Source: Amoebidium appalachense (Eukaryota; Protista; Ichthyosporea). From it: DNA of 64,000 nt. This document shows, in pieces, positions 1-25,140 of this stretch; position 1 is the first letter of the stretch, and each line of letters opens with the position of its first letter. The position numbers and the translations under genes are program-made. The notes under the pieces were generated by a model. That model worked only from the letters and a program-made list of their open reading frames with translations, was not told where the DNA came from and searched no databases. The stretch covers positions 4,302,310 to 4,366,309 of the forward strand of contig CAVNZM010000008.1 in NCBI GenBank assembly GCA_963693365.1, given 5' to 3'.

Positions 1-6731
<6,731 letters not shown>

Positions 6732-7267
6732 CTAGACTTTGAGCACGATTATTTTATGCCCCCCCCCCCCCCCTCCCCCCCCCCCCCCCCCCCCCCCCCT
6801 CCCCCCCTTCTCCCCCCCACCCTAACCCCCCGCCCAGCCCCTACCGACCCCCTCCCGCCCACCTCCCTTCCCCCCCTCCCCCTCCCCCTCCCCCCCCCCC
6901 CCCCCCCCCCCCCCCCTTCCCCTCCCCCTCCCCTCCCCCTCCCCCCTCCCCCCACCCCCCCAAAAAAAAAACGAGGAAGAAACGAAAAAGAAGAAAAAGA
7001 ACATACACAGGCACTTGCATACACATATTCAAATTCCAATGTCTAGTGCTCCCCCTTACAACTGTTCGCTCTTCCACCTTGTGCCGTACATTACTAGTCC
7101 TATGTCCCGGCCCGTCAATCTTTGCATTTCCCTGCAAGTCAAGAGCGGTACATACAGCATGTTTTGCTCTTTCCTGCACTATCATGACAAAGAGAACGTT
7201 TCAGTTCAAGCATTTCTTCCTGATGTCATGTCACTCTAGGAGACAAGGCATCTCCGGATCCAAATGA

Positions 7268-7534
7268 TTCATGAAGACTTTTTATTACTCCCGTGAACAC
7301 GAGCACAACAACGCCACACCCACCTGTGTGTGCTTGCCTATCACAGGTCACCTGGCAGAATCACGGACGACAACGTTTTGGGCATTATTTCTGATGATCA
7401 GTTCATGAAGACTTTTTATTACTCCGTGAACACGAGCACAACAACGCCACACCCACCTGTGTGTGCTTGCCTATCACAGGTCACCTGGCAGAATCACGGA
7501 CGACAACGTTTTGGGCATTATTTCTGATGATCAG
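7268..7534. repeat. Direct tandem duplication, 134 bp + 133 bp
   Basis: 7268-7401 and 7402-7534 are identical except for one C (tactcccg vs tactccg). Confidence 0.95.
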
Positions 7535-8019
7535 GGAGGTTGGAACATAAAAGGTGCTTGAGACAAAGACGCAAACAGAGCCGAAAGGAGGGGTACCGGT
7601 AGGAAAGTAAGTAATGAAATGCTAAAAAAATAGGCGAAGCGAAGCTGATTATTGCATGATTCTTTTCTTTTAAACCACGGCATCTTCCGCCTCCCTATCT
7701 ACCCTCCCTCCCTCCCCTCGTACTCCCCATTCTCCCCTTATATCCTCACCCTCTCGTCTTTCCCTTCCCGCCCTTCCTTGTGGGCTTTTGAGCCAATATT
7801 CATCCTTGCACAGATCCCGTGGATTATGGGACTTGTTGTTCAAAGTGAAATACAGTGTGAATAAGTAAGAGTAAAAACCTCTATGAGCCACCTTTTTCAC
7901 TCGCCTGCTCACCTTTTCCCCCTCCTCCTTTCGTTCTTCTGACAGTTCGAACTCGTGCATTTCAAGATGTCCGTTCGGGATGTATGTAGTGGTCACTTTT
8001 CTTAGCGCGTTTTGAGAGC

Positions 8020-8780
8020 CGTGCACCAATTGGCCACCACTTTTTTGCCTAAGAGTGAAACACTTTCCCTACCAATATAGACAACCGTATAACTATAATG
8101 CTTCTCTTTGTTTTTATTTATTTTCTCAGCATGTTAATCTTTATCTTCCCTTTATTTACTTGCTCTTCTTACCTCTGTTTTCTTTTCTCACCTTCACTTT
8201 TGACCAGTGTGTACACAGCGGTGAGCTCTGAACCAACCAAGTATGATCATAAATTCGCGCTCTTGTTGCGTCTTTGACCAATCATTAAAATGAAAAAGTC
8301 ACCGTGCACCAATCAAATCGTACTTATCGTATCTTCCCTTATTTGGACAAATAAAGTTGCGTTGGAATGCAGGCTAGGCTTGCATACCACATTTATCACA
8401 AAACGCAACGAACAAAACTTCTTGAAGGTGTTTTGGAGAAAAAAAGGCATACATGTTTTCAACCACCCCGTAAAAGTTACAACATACACACTGTTGTAGG
8501 ATTTGCGGAGTTTCTTTTCCTTTTTTCTTCTTCTTTTTTCTTTCTTTTGCATAGAAACCATATTTCTGTATAGGTCGTTTGTCCCAACACAGTTCAAGAA
8601 AATACAAGTGCGTAGTTTGGAACACTCATACAGCTACACACACATACGTTAGTGTGTATGGTAGCACACAAAACACACCCTTTTACTCTGCGTGTCTTTT
8701 CACCAACAGAACCCACCCACACCACATACGAACACAAAAACACGGCCCGCCCCTTTTTGTGTTTACCATCCTGAGCAAAA
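8020..8780. promoter_or_regulatory. Probable divergent promoter region between the TMOD-like (-) and lipocalin (+) genes
   Basis: Microsatellite-poor interval between head-to-head genes, with several CCAAT motifs (~8026, ~8072, ~8278, ~8309). Confidence 0.35.
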
Positions 8781-13851
<5,071 letters not shown>

Positions 13852-13972
13852 TTTGAAAATACTTGGATATGAATCTAGTGATATCTGGGTAAAACACCTT
13901 TTTCGGCTAGATATGCTGTTTGGCTGTGTCTGTCCGTGTCTTTGTCTGTGTGTGAATTCGGCGGAGGAGGAT

Positions 13973-14009
<37 letters not shown>

Positions 14010-14345
14010 TATCCTCCATGGTAGACTTGATATCTAATTAATGCCGGAAAATCTGAGGCACAGCGCGTTTAGGATTGGCCATGGTCTGGGAGTAATATGA
14101 GACCGAAAAAACTGTCGTTGGACCTTGGGCCTTGGATGTACACATCCTGTAATTTTTTGGAGTTTTTTTGGTCGTGCCTGAGTGTGAACAGTTGCTTAAA
14201 AATTTATGTCAGGCCATCGATTGGCTTGATTGTCATAATAATAATCAGTGACTCGCCCATTCGTGGCAGGGAACTGATAGTCATCTTTGTGTCTATATTT
14301 ATATTTAAAAATAAAGATCATTAGTAGCACACCCTCAGCCCCACT

Positions 14346-14382
<37 letters not shown>

Positions 14383-14616
14383 AAATGACATCCTTCACAG
14401 CACCTCCGTTTACGGACTACTACCACTACCAGAATTATATACTTTTGCGTCGGGAGGGGGGGGGGGGGGGTTGGGTTTCTAAAGTGATCTACTTTGAAAC
14501 TGTAACACGTGCACAGCCGCCAACGTCAACTTAGAAATAGATTAAAAAAGTATATTCCTACCTCTTTGTTTGTTTTGTAGAAACTTTTCCTTTGCGCGCG
14601 CTATGATGACATTGTC

Positions 14617-14658
<42 letters not shown>

Positions 14659-14712
14659 CTTTTTTTTATACGCGCTATGATGTCATTTTCATTGTCGTGC
14701 GTGTGTGTGTGT

Positions 14713-14767
<55 letters not shown>

Positions 14768-17569
14768 GTGTGCGTGCGTGTGTGTGACACGTGTGTGTGT
14801 GTGTGCGCGCCCGTGTGTGTGCGTGCATCTGTGTGTGTGTGTGTGTGTGTCTGTGTGTGTGCGCGTGTACTCGCGTGCGTGTGCGTGTGGTGGTGGGGGG
14901 GGGATGTGCGTGTGTCTACGGTGTGTGTCAGTACTCTGTGTGTGTTTGGTTGAGTGTGCGTGCGTGTGTGTGTGCGAGTATATGTGCGTGTGTGTGTGTG
15001 TGTGCACGTGTGGATGTGTGTGTGTGTGTTGTGTGTGTGTTGCAAGACTCTTGAGGGGTGTGCGTGCGTAACCGTTGAAAATATATTTCTGTTTTTATTC
15101 GTTTTTCTTATGTCATCTCGTTTCACCTCACAGAGGTCGATGTCACCCATATCACCAGGCACTAGATGGTCGGGGTGTCACGTGTGACTGTGTGTGTGTG
15201 CACGTGTGACACTGTGTGTGTGTGTGTGTTAAACTGTGTGTGTTTGTGCTTGTGTTAGTGTGTGGGACAGTACATGACGTGTGTGTGGCGTGTGTGTATA
15301 CGTATGATTGTTGGTGACACGCAGGCTGTGTTCGTGTGTGTCTGCATGTGTGTTTATGTGTGCGTGTGTGTGCGTGTGCTCGCGCTTGTGTGTATGTACT
15401 GTATGTGTGCGTGTGTGCGTCTATATGTTTGTGTGCGTGCGTGCGTGTGCGTGCCTGTACATGTCAACTTGTCTATTGTAGATCTATTGTACGTGTGTGC
15501 GCAAGTGTGTGCGCATGCGCAGGCTAACGTACTGCATGGAGGTGTATATGAATGCTTGCCGTGATGAAAGCCTTCCAAATTGTAGCAAGGCCTCCTAGAT
15601 ACAACGATTGTAGTCACTTGGTCATCAACAATGGCAGTGCACGTGTTTCTGATAATGGTCAGTGTGAGGCTGCTGTGTGCTTTCCTACTGTCTGCCAGGC
15701 GGGCAGTCCCGGTTCAAGTTCCAGGTGATCGTTCCATGCATGCGACATTGCATTGTGGCCCAGCTGACCTGAAAACCATCATTATAATGGTTTTGGTTTT
15801 TATGCATGTCAGTCTTGTTTGTTTTGGGTTTCTAATCATATTAGCGTTATCATGAGGTTATAAAACCACGAATCATTCAAAACAAGCTGCATAATAATCA
15901 TGGCACACGTTGCACACAGAAACCAGAAACTGAAAGACGATACACACTACACCATGCCTACTGCCTACATAGTAGCTAGCACCCAAAATTTTCTGGAATT
16001 TGGCACGGTCGTTTATCAGCCAGCGCCCAACCGCCATCCATGTGAGATAACATGATAGATGATTAGTCTTACACTTGATCATCATGGTCATGATCAGTGC
16101 ATATTCATACACATACATTATTTGTTGTAAATGTTTATTGTCTTATCCTGATATTTATAAGGTATTCGCATATATGTCTTGTGAGCAAATGAATAAGGTT
16201 CTTATAAAATCAATGTGTTATTTATTGAGCGAACCATGAAACATGCAGATTCCTCAGGAAGAAAGGAATTTGGTTCTGCATACCAAGGCTGATAGGCGAT
16301 AGACTTATGACGTCGTTCATGAAGAGGGTAAATAGATCTTGATGATCAACTTGCGAGTCTGCGACTCACTGAGTGACATGACGTAAATTTCTGCTATCCA
16401 ATCACCACCTATTAAAGAACTAAGATAATGTAATAGTTACATATTTGTGTTGGTAATGATTAGCGTTTTTGGAAAAAGCCATGGTGACAAAAATTGTTGT
16501 AGTAAATGCAGTTGATTCCTTATTCACAAACGGTTTGCTCAGATGGCGATTCAGATCTGGTCTACTCTCCTCCAAAGTTTGACGTCTGTCATACGTCATT
16601 GCACACTTTCGATATGGATCTACGTAATGTGATCACTGATCACTCACTCGAGAGTCGAATGGCGAGTTCAATATTGGCAATGTGGTGTGTGATGTCACCG
16701 GTGTGTTCTTACATATATAGTTTTGGCAGTTCAAAATCCATTCAATAGTATATTAGCTTTTATATGTATTACATATATGCTATGTAGGATGACGCCAGGC
16801 GCCAGCTCGAGCCAAAAGACTCAAAGCCAGGGCCTGACCGCGCGGGATCACAGCTGTGCCGCACAGGGCTATCCTCTCTTTATCTGGTGAGCCAATCCGA
16901 CGACAGATGAGCGTTCTAAATGCATTCCAGTGATACAATTTCTCCGGATTTTGCATTCCAGGACCTCCTCTCTATGGCCCACAGCCCCAGGCCAGGGGCA
17001 TAACGCATGAATTGGAAAAACCACATTGAAGTTACTGCCACTTTGAAACTAAAAACACGGAGAAAAAAATATGCATGAATGCTCCACTTAATTTACAAAA
17101 TAGTTATGTAACCTTGAGCTGCTTGCGAACTTTTTTTTATAAAATTTTTATCAACCGGTTTCCTCGTCTTATGCGAGGCATCGCATCATTCGCATGCCAC
17201 GCGGGCAGCCTGCACGTCCCATCTGTAGCAGTGAATCTGGGTAGGTTACAAGGCACTCTTTTTCATTCAGTCATTCAGTCATTACACGTGTTATTGTGAA
17301 GTTACGTTGGCTCATCGACCAAATAGTGAGCGAATGGATTACATGTTGGCAAAGTAGGGCGTCAGTTAAGCACATGGACCTTTGTCTTACAGCCATTAAT
17401 ATTACCATACAGAGTCCGCATACGTAGGTACAGTATCAGGTTTTTGGTTAACGTTGTGCTTGTTATTTCACCGACAGGAAATCCAGGAGATTTGGTGTTA
17501 TAGTATATAAATGTATGCAACACTTTGGTCGGTAGTTTAAGTCTACTAATATTCATCTGTGTATACAAA

Positions 17570-18096
17570 ATGAGGGGAACCCTCCTTCCACACGTTGTCG
17601 TGCAGCATGTACATGTCAACAACATGGATGCATCGTTTCCCTGTGCATGTTCACAAACCACTGTACACACCGCACACTGCCTGTGTGCGAGGAAAACGAA
17701 AGCCTGTGTGGGTGAAAGCTCCACTGCTGCTCTCATTGCATCCAAGGTATGTTTGTTTGTTTTTTTATCTTTTCTTTTCTTTTCAAACTACCCCCAACTT
17801 CCATAATCAATAAGGTGTTAGATTTCGCCGCACTCCTGTACACTTAGTGAGCTTGTATATGGGGGGAAGGGAAAGCGCAATAGTGAAGCAATCGATTAGA
17901 TAAATCCTAGACACAACTGCTACGACTGTGTACCAATTGGATTTTAAAGCGCTTCGAATCGGATACCCTGCTAAAATTTTAACCGCAAATGCATGGGTTA
18001 TATTGCGATTGCCCTGTAGGTTGCCCATTGCTCATGCTCATGCCATATCATCCTTTCCACGAAGTTTGTGAGATCCTGTGTAACCCCCCTCCCCCC

Positions 18097-18133
<37 letters not shown>

Positions 18134-18146
18134 CACCACCACCGCG

Positions 18147-18205
<59 letters not shown>

Positions 18206-18523
18206 CCGTGACCACACCCCACCCCACCCCACACTTGTGTCCACACAGAGGGGCAAAAAAACTGAAAAAGAAAAAAAGAAAAGAAAAGAAAATAAAGAAA
18301 AATAGTAAATGAAGCAACAAAATCCCAACAGAGTATCAGCATTAATAAAGCGGTCCACCAGAACTGAAAACTGGGACTGATGCTGAAATAGCGGCCATAC
18401 ATTTTACACATCAGATATGCAGTACCTGCACAACTGAGGCAGGTTAGGAACAGTTTTTAATGAACTATACAACCCCCCCCCCCCCCCTCAAAATTTTTTT
18501 GTTGTAACTGTGCCCGTTGAACT

Positions 18524-18576
<53 letters not shown>

Positions 18577-20745
18577 AAAAAAAAGAAAAGAAAAAGAAAC
18601 GAAAAGAAAAGAAAAGGGTTAACACCATCTCCCTTTCCCCACTGACCCACGAACCACAGGTTCTTGACGACCAAATACGCCTGTCAATGAGCATGCCACA
18701 ACCGAGCGAAGCAACACAGCCATTAGACGAGACATTGCACGACGAGAGACATTACTGTGCAAAACTCGAGAAATGTCTAAGTAGAAGTGCCGCGGTTATT
18801 GAAAGTTTGCTGTCTAGCAGGCAGCAGATTGTTGAAGAGTTGGAGTTGGAGAGGGCCGAGGTGAACGGTTTGAGATTACGGTTGCGGAATGCCGAGGTAG
18901 ATATGCCCTCCATTCACAAGTGGTTTATTTTGGGTTTTGTTTCTTTCAGTGTGCAACAGTTTGTTCATATTCCCCATTGGCGATTGCGCACGCCCGTGCG
19001 TGCGCGCACACACATGAACATGCACACAAATACATTCCCACGCACATGCATTCGCACACATGCAGCCCGCGATGACACACAATTCACACACAGACACATT
19101 CGCCGTAAAACGTGCACACGATAACACAAGCACACATAGGCACATGGTCACACTCATGCCCGCGATGACTCATAGCTGAAATACATGACACACCTTTGCG
19201 CACACACCCTCAGTGACACCCACATGACATACACCAGACATAACACGTGCATGCACATAACCAACCACACAATCCAAAAAAAAATAAAAATAAGTTGAAC
19301 GAACCCGGTGACAATCCAAAAAAATAATTTAATTGAATAAGAACTGCCAAAAAAAAATTCGGCCCCAGTTTCAATTGTGAGCATCACGAAACACGTTTCA
19401 CGTTCCGAAACCAACATTTAGGAAGGGTACTATGCCTACCACGGAATAATAACTGCAAAAATGAGGTGGATCCCCTTTATTTGCTCACAAGCATCTATCG
19501 CATGCGGACACAGCCAATCACAACTAACCTTTATCGTATTTCATTCTTGAACAGGAGCACAGTGAAGCAGCCCAGCGCAACCTTAAAGCACAACTCGACA
19601 GGTTGACCCGTGAGATGGAGGACTTAAAAAAGGAAGCCGAGGCACGTCGCCTCGCCCTGCTTGCGTTAAGCACAACCGCCACTGCCCGGAGAAACAGCGC
19701 CCCTGAAGCCAAAACCGCAGCATCGAGCTCCCCGGACGCGAATTTTCTTACAGCAGGGTTCCATCGCAGCAGAAGCATGTCGTTTAGGGGGGTCAGACGT
19801 CTCTCTCGACGAAATTCGAAGGCTGCGAAAAACGACGGCTCCGGAAAGGGCTCAAACGAGAACATTGCATCAAACATGCCGACAGTCTCTTCGGTCAGCG
19901 AATTACCGAATTCCGGTGAAGTTTCAACTTGTGATGGAAACACAACGCCGCTACGGATCACCGGTTTTTGCCCGTCATTTTCCATAGAGAGTATCGACCT
20001 CTTTAGCAACAGCCAATCAAAAAGCACCGGTAACGTTATCCATCATGCGCCCCTTTCCCGCTCCCACTCGCACATGGCCACTCGGTCACCACCTACTGCC
20101 CCATCGACACAGTACCGCGCGCACACGTCCCTCCGTGCGACGTCATCTATGGATATGTCGTCATTTTGCCGCCAAAACCAACCCCTATCCAATCACGCGC
20201 AACCTCATGGTGCGGTGGTGCGAATTGACGCTGCGAGCGTGGGAAAACTAACGGTGGCGGAACTCTACGGAATCGCCTTGAAGATGCAAGAAGCGGTTTT
20301 GGAGGAGGCGAGCGAACTGAAAGACGAATTCACAATCCGCGAGACGCTATTGGTCGAGAAGGACAGATTGCACAAAACAGCCAATCATATTGAAGCAGCA
20401 GCCTGCACCCCCGGCGGTAATTTTACACCAACCACGGCAACACACACGAGCAAGCACCATTCCGCCGGATTGCAGGAATTTGTTCACGCACACTTTCCGT
20501 CGAAAAACCACGAGGAAACCCCGTCGGCCACTCGGGGGGACGGTGCATGTGCGCAACATTGGAACGTCGACGCTCCAATAACCGAAGTCTCGGGAACGGC
20601 AAACAGCCTGAAACAGAGCGGGAAGAGTATTTCGGCCTTGGGACGTACATTCATGCAGGCGGAGCCAGGGGTTCACAGGGGGTCGTTTCGCCTCCCGGTC
20701 ATCAGGGGGAAAAAAGGGTTGGTGCGAACTGGTAGTATTTCCTAG
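17570..20745 (+). CDS. Coiled-coil/disordered protein (~534 aa) with a FEZ/SCHIP-1-like coiled-coil segment
   Basis: Phase-0 exons 17570-17746 (start uncertain), 18660-18896 and 19555-20745. Heptad-rich SRQQIVEELELERAEVNGLRLRLRNAEEHSEAAQRNLKAQLDRLTREMEDLKKE; 1.19-kb open non-repetitive last exon. A further upstream exon at about 16789-16887 is possible. Confidence 0.7.
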
Positions 20746-21866
20746 GTTGTGTGAATACGGTGAATATGGTGGGAATATGGGCGAATACCACACTGTGTGA
20801 TTTGCTCGTCATTAGAGTGCGGCGAGAGTTTTGACAATATGTATGGCCATCATTCGCGATCGAACAGCTTCATAGAAAGAGTACGGGAAAAAATGCAGTG
20901 GGTGTCTATTGCTTCTTAGCATGCTTGCTAATGCCTTACTCCAATCTGTTTTTTGTGTGTGTGTGTGTGTGCAAGTGTGTGATCTTCTTTTTTTCTTTTT
21001 TTGAGGGGGGGGATGGAGAGATGATGTAGAGTATGAAGCCTAACTAAATTGTCTGCCGCTATTTTAAGAGCCATATTAGTCCTATACTATAGAATGTCTG
21101 TTAGTTTTATGTTTCTTATGAGCAATGCCGAATGATTCAATCCATCAATTTAATCGAGTTCGTATGCTGTTGTTTATTGGGTTATGTGCGCTATTTCTGC
21201 CTGACGTGTATTTAGCAGGGTTTTAAACGTGTAAAAAGTATATGGTATTTATTATCAGTAATTCATAATGACGAGATTACAGATAGCTGTGCATTAGAGA
21301 GTATAGAGAACATGTAATCCTATAATGCAGGCACTTCCTAATACCTGCCTAGATAATCCATGCCATTACACACCTAGATACTTGTATTGCTGTTTTGTTA
21401 TGCCAACTGCTGTGCATGTATGTAGAAGCACCTAAACCAAAAAAATAAATGGCCTTCTCGGTAAATCAAAACAAGGACATTTGTGATTGAAGGACATTTC
21501 GGGATTATGAACCGCTGGATTACCATAATTCGAATCATCATTCATGAAAAACACTGCCATTTATGGTATCAATCATACGTATATGGGAAAAGAGCACCGA
21601 ATATGAGCTGGTTTTCGTTGGTCGTCCGGGAGCATGTGGCCCATTATTGCAGGCACTTTGATAATACACATGGGGCAGACTGGTATGTGTGCCTTCTTAC
21701 AGTATCCCCCCCCCCCCCCCCCCCGGGCGCCAGATCACACACACACACACATACACACACACACACACACACACTGTGCATGCGTGTGTATGCGCACTTT
21801 TGTCCCCCCCCCTCCCCCACACACACACACACACACACTGACATGTTTTGGACCTCTTCTAATAAA

Positions 21867-22013
21867 GGTCTTATTCAGCACCGACGTCTATTTGATGGGC
21901 ACCGGCTCCAATTCCTACTTTTTTCGTCATTCGTCATTTTATTGTTCTGGCTTTTTTTCTTAAAGTATCTACTTCTTAGACCGAGCCCGTCAAACAGACA
22001 TGGCGGAACGACC
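21867..22013. repeat. Imperfect inverted repeat (arms ~35-40 bp, T-rich spacer)
   Basis: gtctatttgatgggcaccgg (21886-21905) pairs with ccgagcccgtcaaacagac (21981-21999), with looser extension to ggtc.../...gacc. Confidence 0.55.
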
Positions 22014-22291
22014 GGACCTTAAAATTTACAAGAAACGAGCGAGGCTTGTGCTAGATTTCAAAGATTTCAACATAGGCCTAGGGCGGGTCCGGTTTCAATA
22101 TTTTCTGTGTCAGCTGCAGGTGAGGGGGGTCTAATGTGATGTGGTGCTGCTGTGGAAATCGGGGTGGTGGGGTGCATGCTGTATGCACATGGTGGCTGTT
22201 GTGTGTCTGTGTAAGTGTTGTGGGTCGCACTCTTACCTCATGCCATGGCTTTCCTGTGTGTGTGTGTCTGCAATTGGGGCAGGCCGGCAAT

Positions 22292-22341
<50 letters not shown>

Positions 22342-22481
22342 CTAGGCATTGTGGCTGGTTTCTTTCTACGGGTGGCTTCTAGGAATGTGCTTGTATTGAG
22401 GTGTCCTGGTGTAGACGCGCATGCACGCACACAAAAAACACACATGTCACACGCCTTTTGCACCAAACATGAACACACGCC

Positions 22482-22518
<37 letters not shown>

Positions 22519-22852
22519 TCCTCCTCGCCATCCTCACCCCTCACCCCACCCGTCACTCCCCCATACACATAACGTGAATAAATGAATCGTAAACAACACA
22601 TGTGCGAGCGCAAACACACACACACACAATTTTTTCTTTCTTTTTCTTGAAAAAAATGTATTGTTTTACCGTTTTGTTCTAGGGGGAGCCCTCAGGGGTC
22701 CCTCATGGGAATTACCGTCTTCCACTACCCACCGACTGTACCCTAGCTAGGGTGATAATGGTGCATTCAGCTGAGCTGACACACCTGTACAAAACCTCAC
22801 TAATAGTACGCGCTTAGCCCAGGGTTTTTGCCCCAGCCTCGCACACACACAT

Positions 22853-22927
<75 letters not shown>

Positions 22928-22931
22928 ACCG

Positions 22932-23006
<75 letters not shown>

Positions 23007-23162
23007 CCGAACACACACGCACACACACACGCACACACACATCCACGCACGCACACACACACACACACGCACGCACGCACGCACGCACGCACGTACACAC
23101 GTACGCACACACACACACACACACACACATGCTGTTGACCCCCCCAAGCACACACACGCACA

Positions 23163-23203
<41 letters not shown>

Positions 23204-23213
23204 ACGCTTTTAG

Positions 23214-23259
<46 letters not shown>

Positions 23260-23486
23260 AGGCACCTTTAGCCCACCCACCCCCCCCCCCCCCCCCCCCA
23301 ACCCCCCAGAATGCACGTGTGTGTGTACGTTCCGATTGCAACGGTTGACAAGTGACTGTGTGTTAAACTAAGCCGGGGTGAACAAGACTTATATTGATGT
23401 GCATCCAGCATGCCCATGGGCCCCAGGAAAAGGAGAGGAAGGAGGAGGACGGGGGTCACGGGTGGGTGGGTGGGGAGGGGAGGGGA

Positions 23487-23522
<36 letters not shown>

Positions 23523-24117
23523 GGAAGAGGGTCGGTTCGATAGTTTAGAGTGGTTCCGTGTATCATGGTGTCACAGACAGCTTAAGGCCTAGGGGGGCAG
23601 TGAGAAGCTGGGTAATGTGATGTGGCGTAGGGCGGATGAACGATGGCAAAATACAAAAAAAATGTTTATATGCCGGGTTATTATTCCCGTGCGTTTTATT
23701 CACTCCACAACCACACCGTTCTCATGCCGGGTCATGCGTCGAGAAACCGGAAAATGGATGGGGCTTCGATAAACGGCCTCAAATGGTATCCACAAATTAG
23801 AACACTATCACACAAACAGTGAAGGACTTATGAACACTCTACGGCGGTTTCGAAGGGGACACACTTACATAGCGGGCATTATGTACAAGACGGTAACATA
23901 CATACGGTGAAATTACAGCGAAAATACTGCAAGAACACATCCAACCAGTGGATCAGCAACGAGCCATACCTTCAGAATAACAAAAAAATCACTGGGCACC
24001 TTCCGAAAAAGACCGACGAAAAGTGCTTCGCTTAAATTTCCACACACCTTGCTGGCACTTTGAAACACCGACGGGCGTGGCATGTGGTGCGAAATTTCGC
24101 ATCTAGGTTTTAGGTAT

Positions 24118-24951
24118 TTAGAACACCAGCGCGCTGATCATCAGAGTGACGGCGAGAACAACATATGCGAAGAAGCTGGCGGGGCGTGCCTGGCTGCCGG
24201 CAGACGTGTTCATGGGGGAGTTGGTGGCAGTGGGAGCATTAGACGTGGAGGCAGAGGTGGCTTTATTTGTGGCGGTGGCATTGTAAACCATGAAGATGGG
24301 CTGCGCATTCTCGGGAGCGCCGGGCACCTTAACCTGCTTGCACTCGCCGGTGGGGAGGACAGTTTTAAGGGTACACTCGCTGCAGTTGTCATTGCACTTA
24401 ATGCCCCAAGACAGGGTGCCGTTGGAGAGAGAAATGGCAGAGTAGTTGCCAAAATCCATGCCAGGAACGAGGGTGGTGATGTTGACGGGGAACGTTGCAG
24501 AGGGCTCGCACAGAGAGAAGTTCTTGCTGGGAAGAGTGAAGTCGGGGGTCAGACCCACGGGCTTGCCTGCAAGGAAAAAGGAAATGGCTGGTGAGTTTTT
24601 GTTTTCTGGCGTGAAAGTGGGAAAGTAAAAAGGGTTTTGGTGCAAATAGTGGCAAGTTGTTCGGGAGTGTGGGTGTGAACAGGTGGGAGTGGAAGGAGAA
24701 CAAACATGTTTATGAGCAAAAGAGCTCATATTATGTTACAGTATTTCATACAGCCAAGTCGGATAATGTTATATAGAAGTGTTTGGCGCAAAAAAAAAAA
24801 TTAAGTGAAACCCAACTGAGTTTTCAATCAATCAACTTTTGGTGGTAGTTAGGTGGTGCTTACCAGTGCAGTTGGCAACGCCATAGACGGCAATGCTCTC
24901 AGCGGAGGCCATGCCAACGAAGGCAACAGCGGCGAGAATCAGGGACATCAT
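24118..24951 (-). CDS. Small secreted, probably GPI-anchored Cys-containing surface glycoprotein (178 aa)
   Basis: Exons 24951-24864 and 24566-24118 (GTAAG...TGCAG, phase 1). Signal peptide MMSLILAAVAFVGMASA; 6 Cys; many NxS/T sites; S/T/A stalk; small residues (SAG) before a terminal hydrophobic stretch with no cytosolic tail. Confidence 0.85.
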
Positions 24952-25048
24952 TCTCAAGTTATTAAAAGACATAAAGTTAGAGTTCCTAAGTTTGATGTGT
25001 TGATCGTCGCTTGTTGTGATACTGATCAAGTGAAGGAAGTGGACGAGG

Positions 25049-25140
25049 TTTATATACCCGCGGCCCATGCGACACATGATCGCAGAGCCAATCAAACACC
25101 GGCTAATAATTTGGTGAAATCAACGTAGAAACCAATCAGA
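25049..25140 (-). promoter_or_regulatory. TATA box plus two CCAAT boxes upstream of the GPI-protein gene
   Basis: TATATAAA on the minus strand at 25049-25056, about 100 bp upstream of the ATG; gccaatca (~25087) and accaatca (~25131). Confidence 0.6.

Noticed and set aside
24082-24594. 170-aa plus-strand ORF (likewise 19524-20027 on the minus strand)
   Set aside because: Antisense shadows of real exons with biased codon usage.
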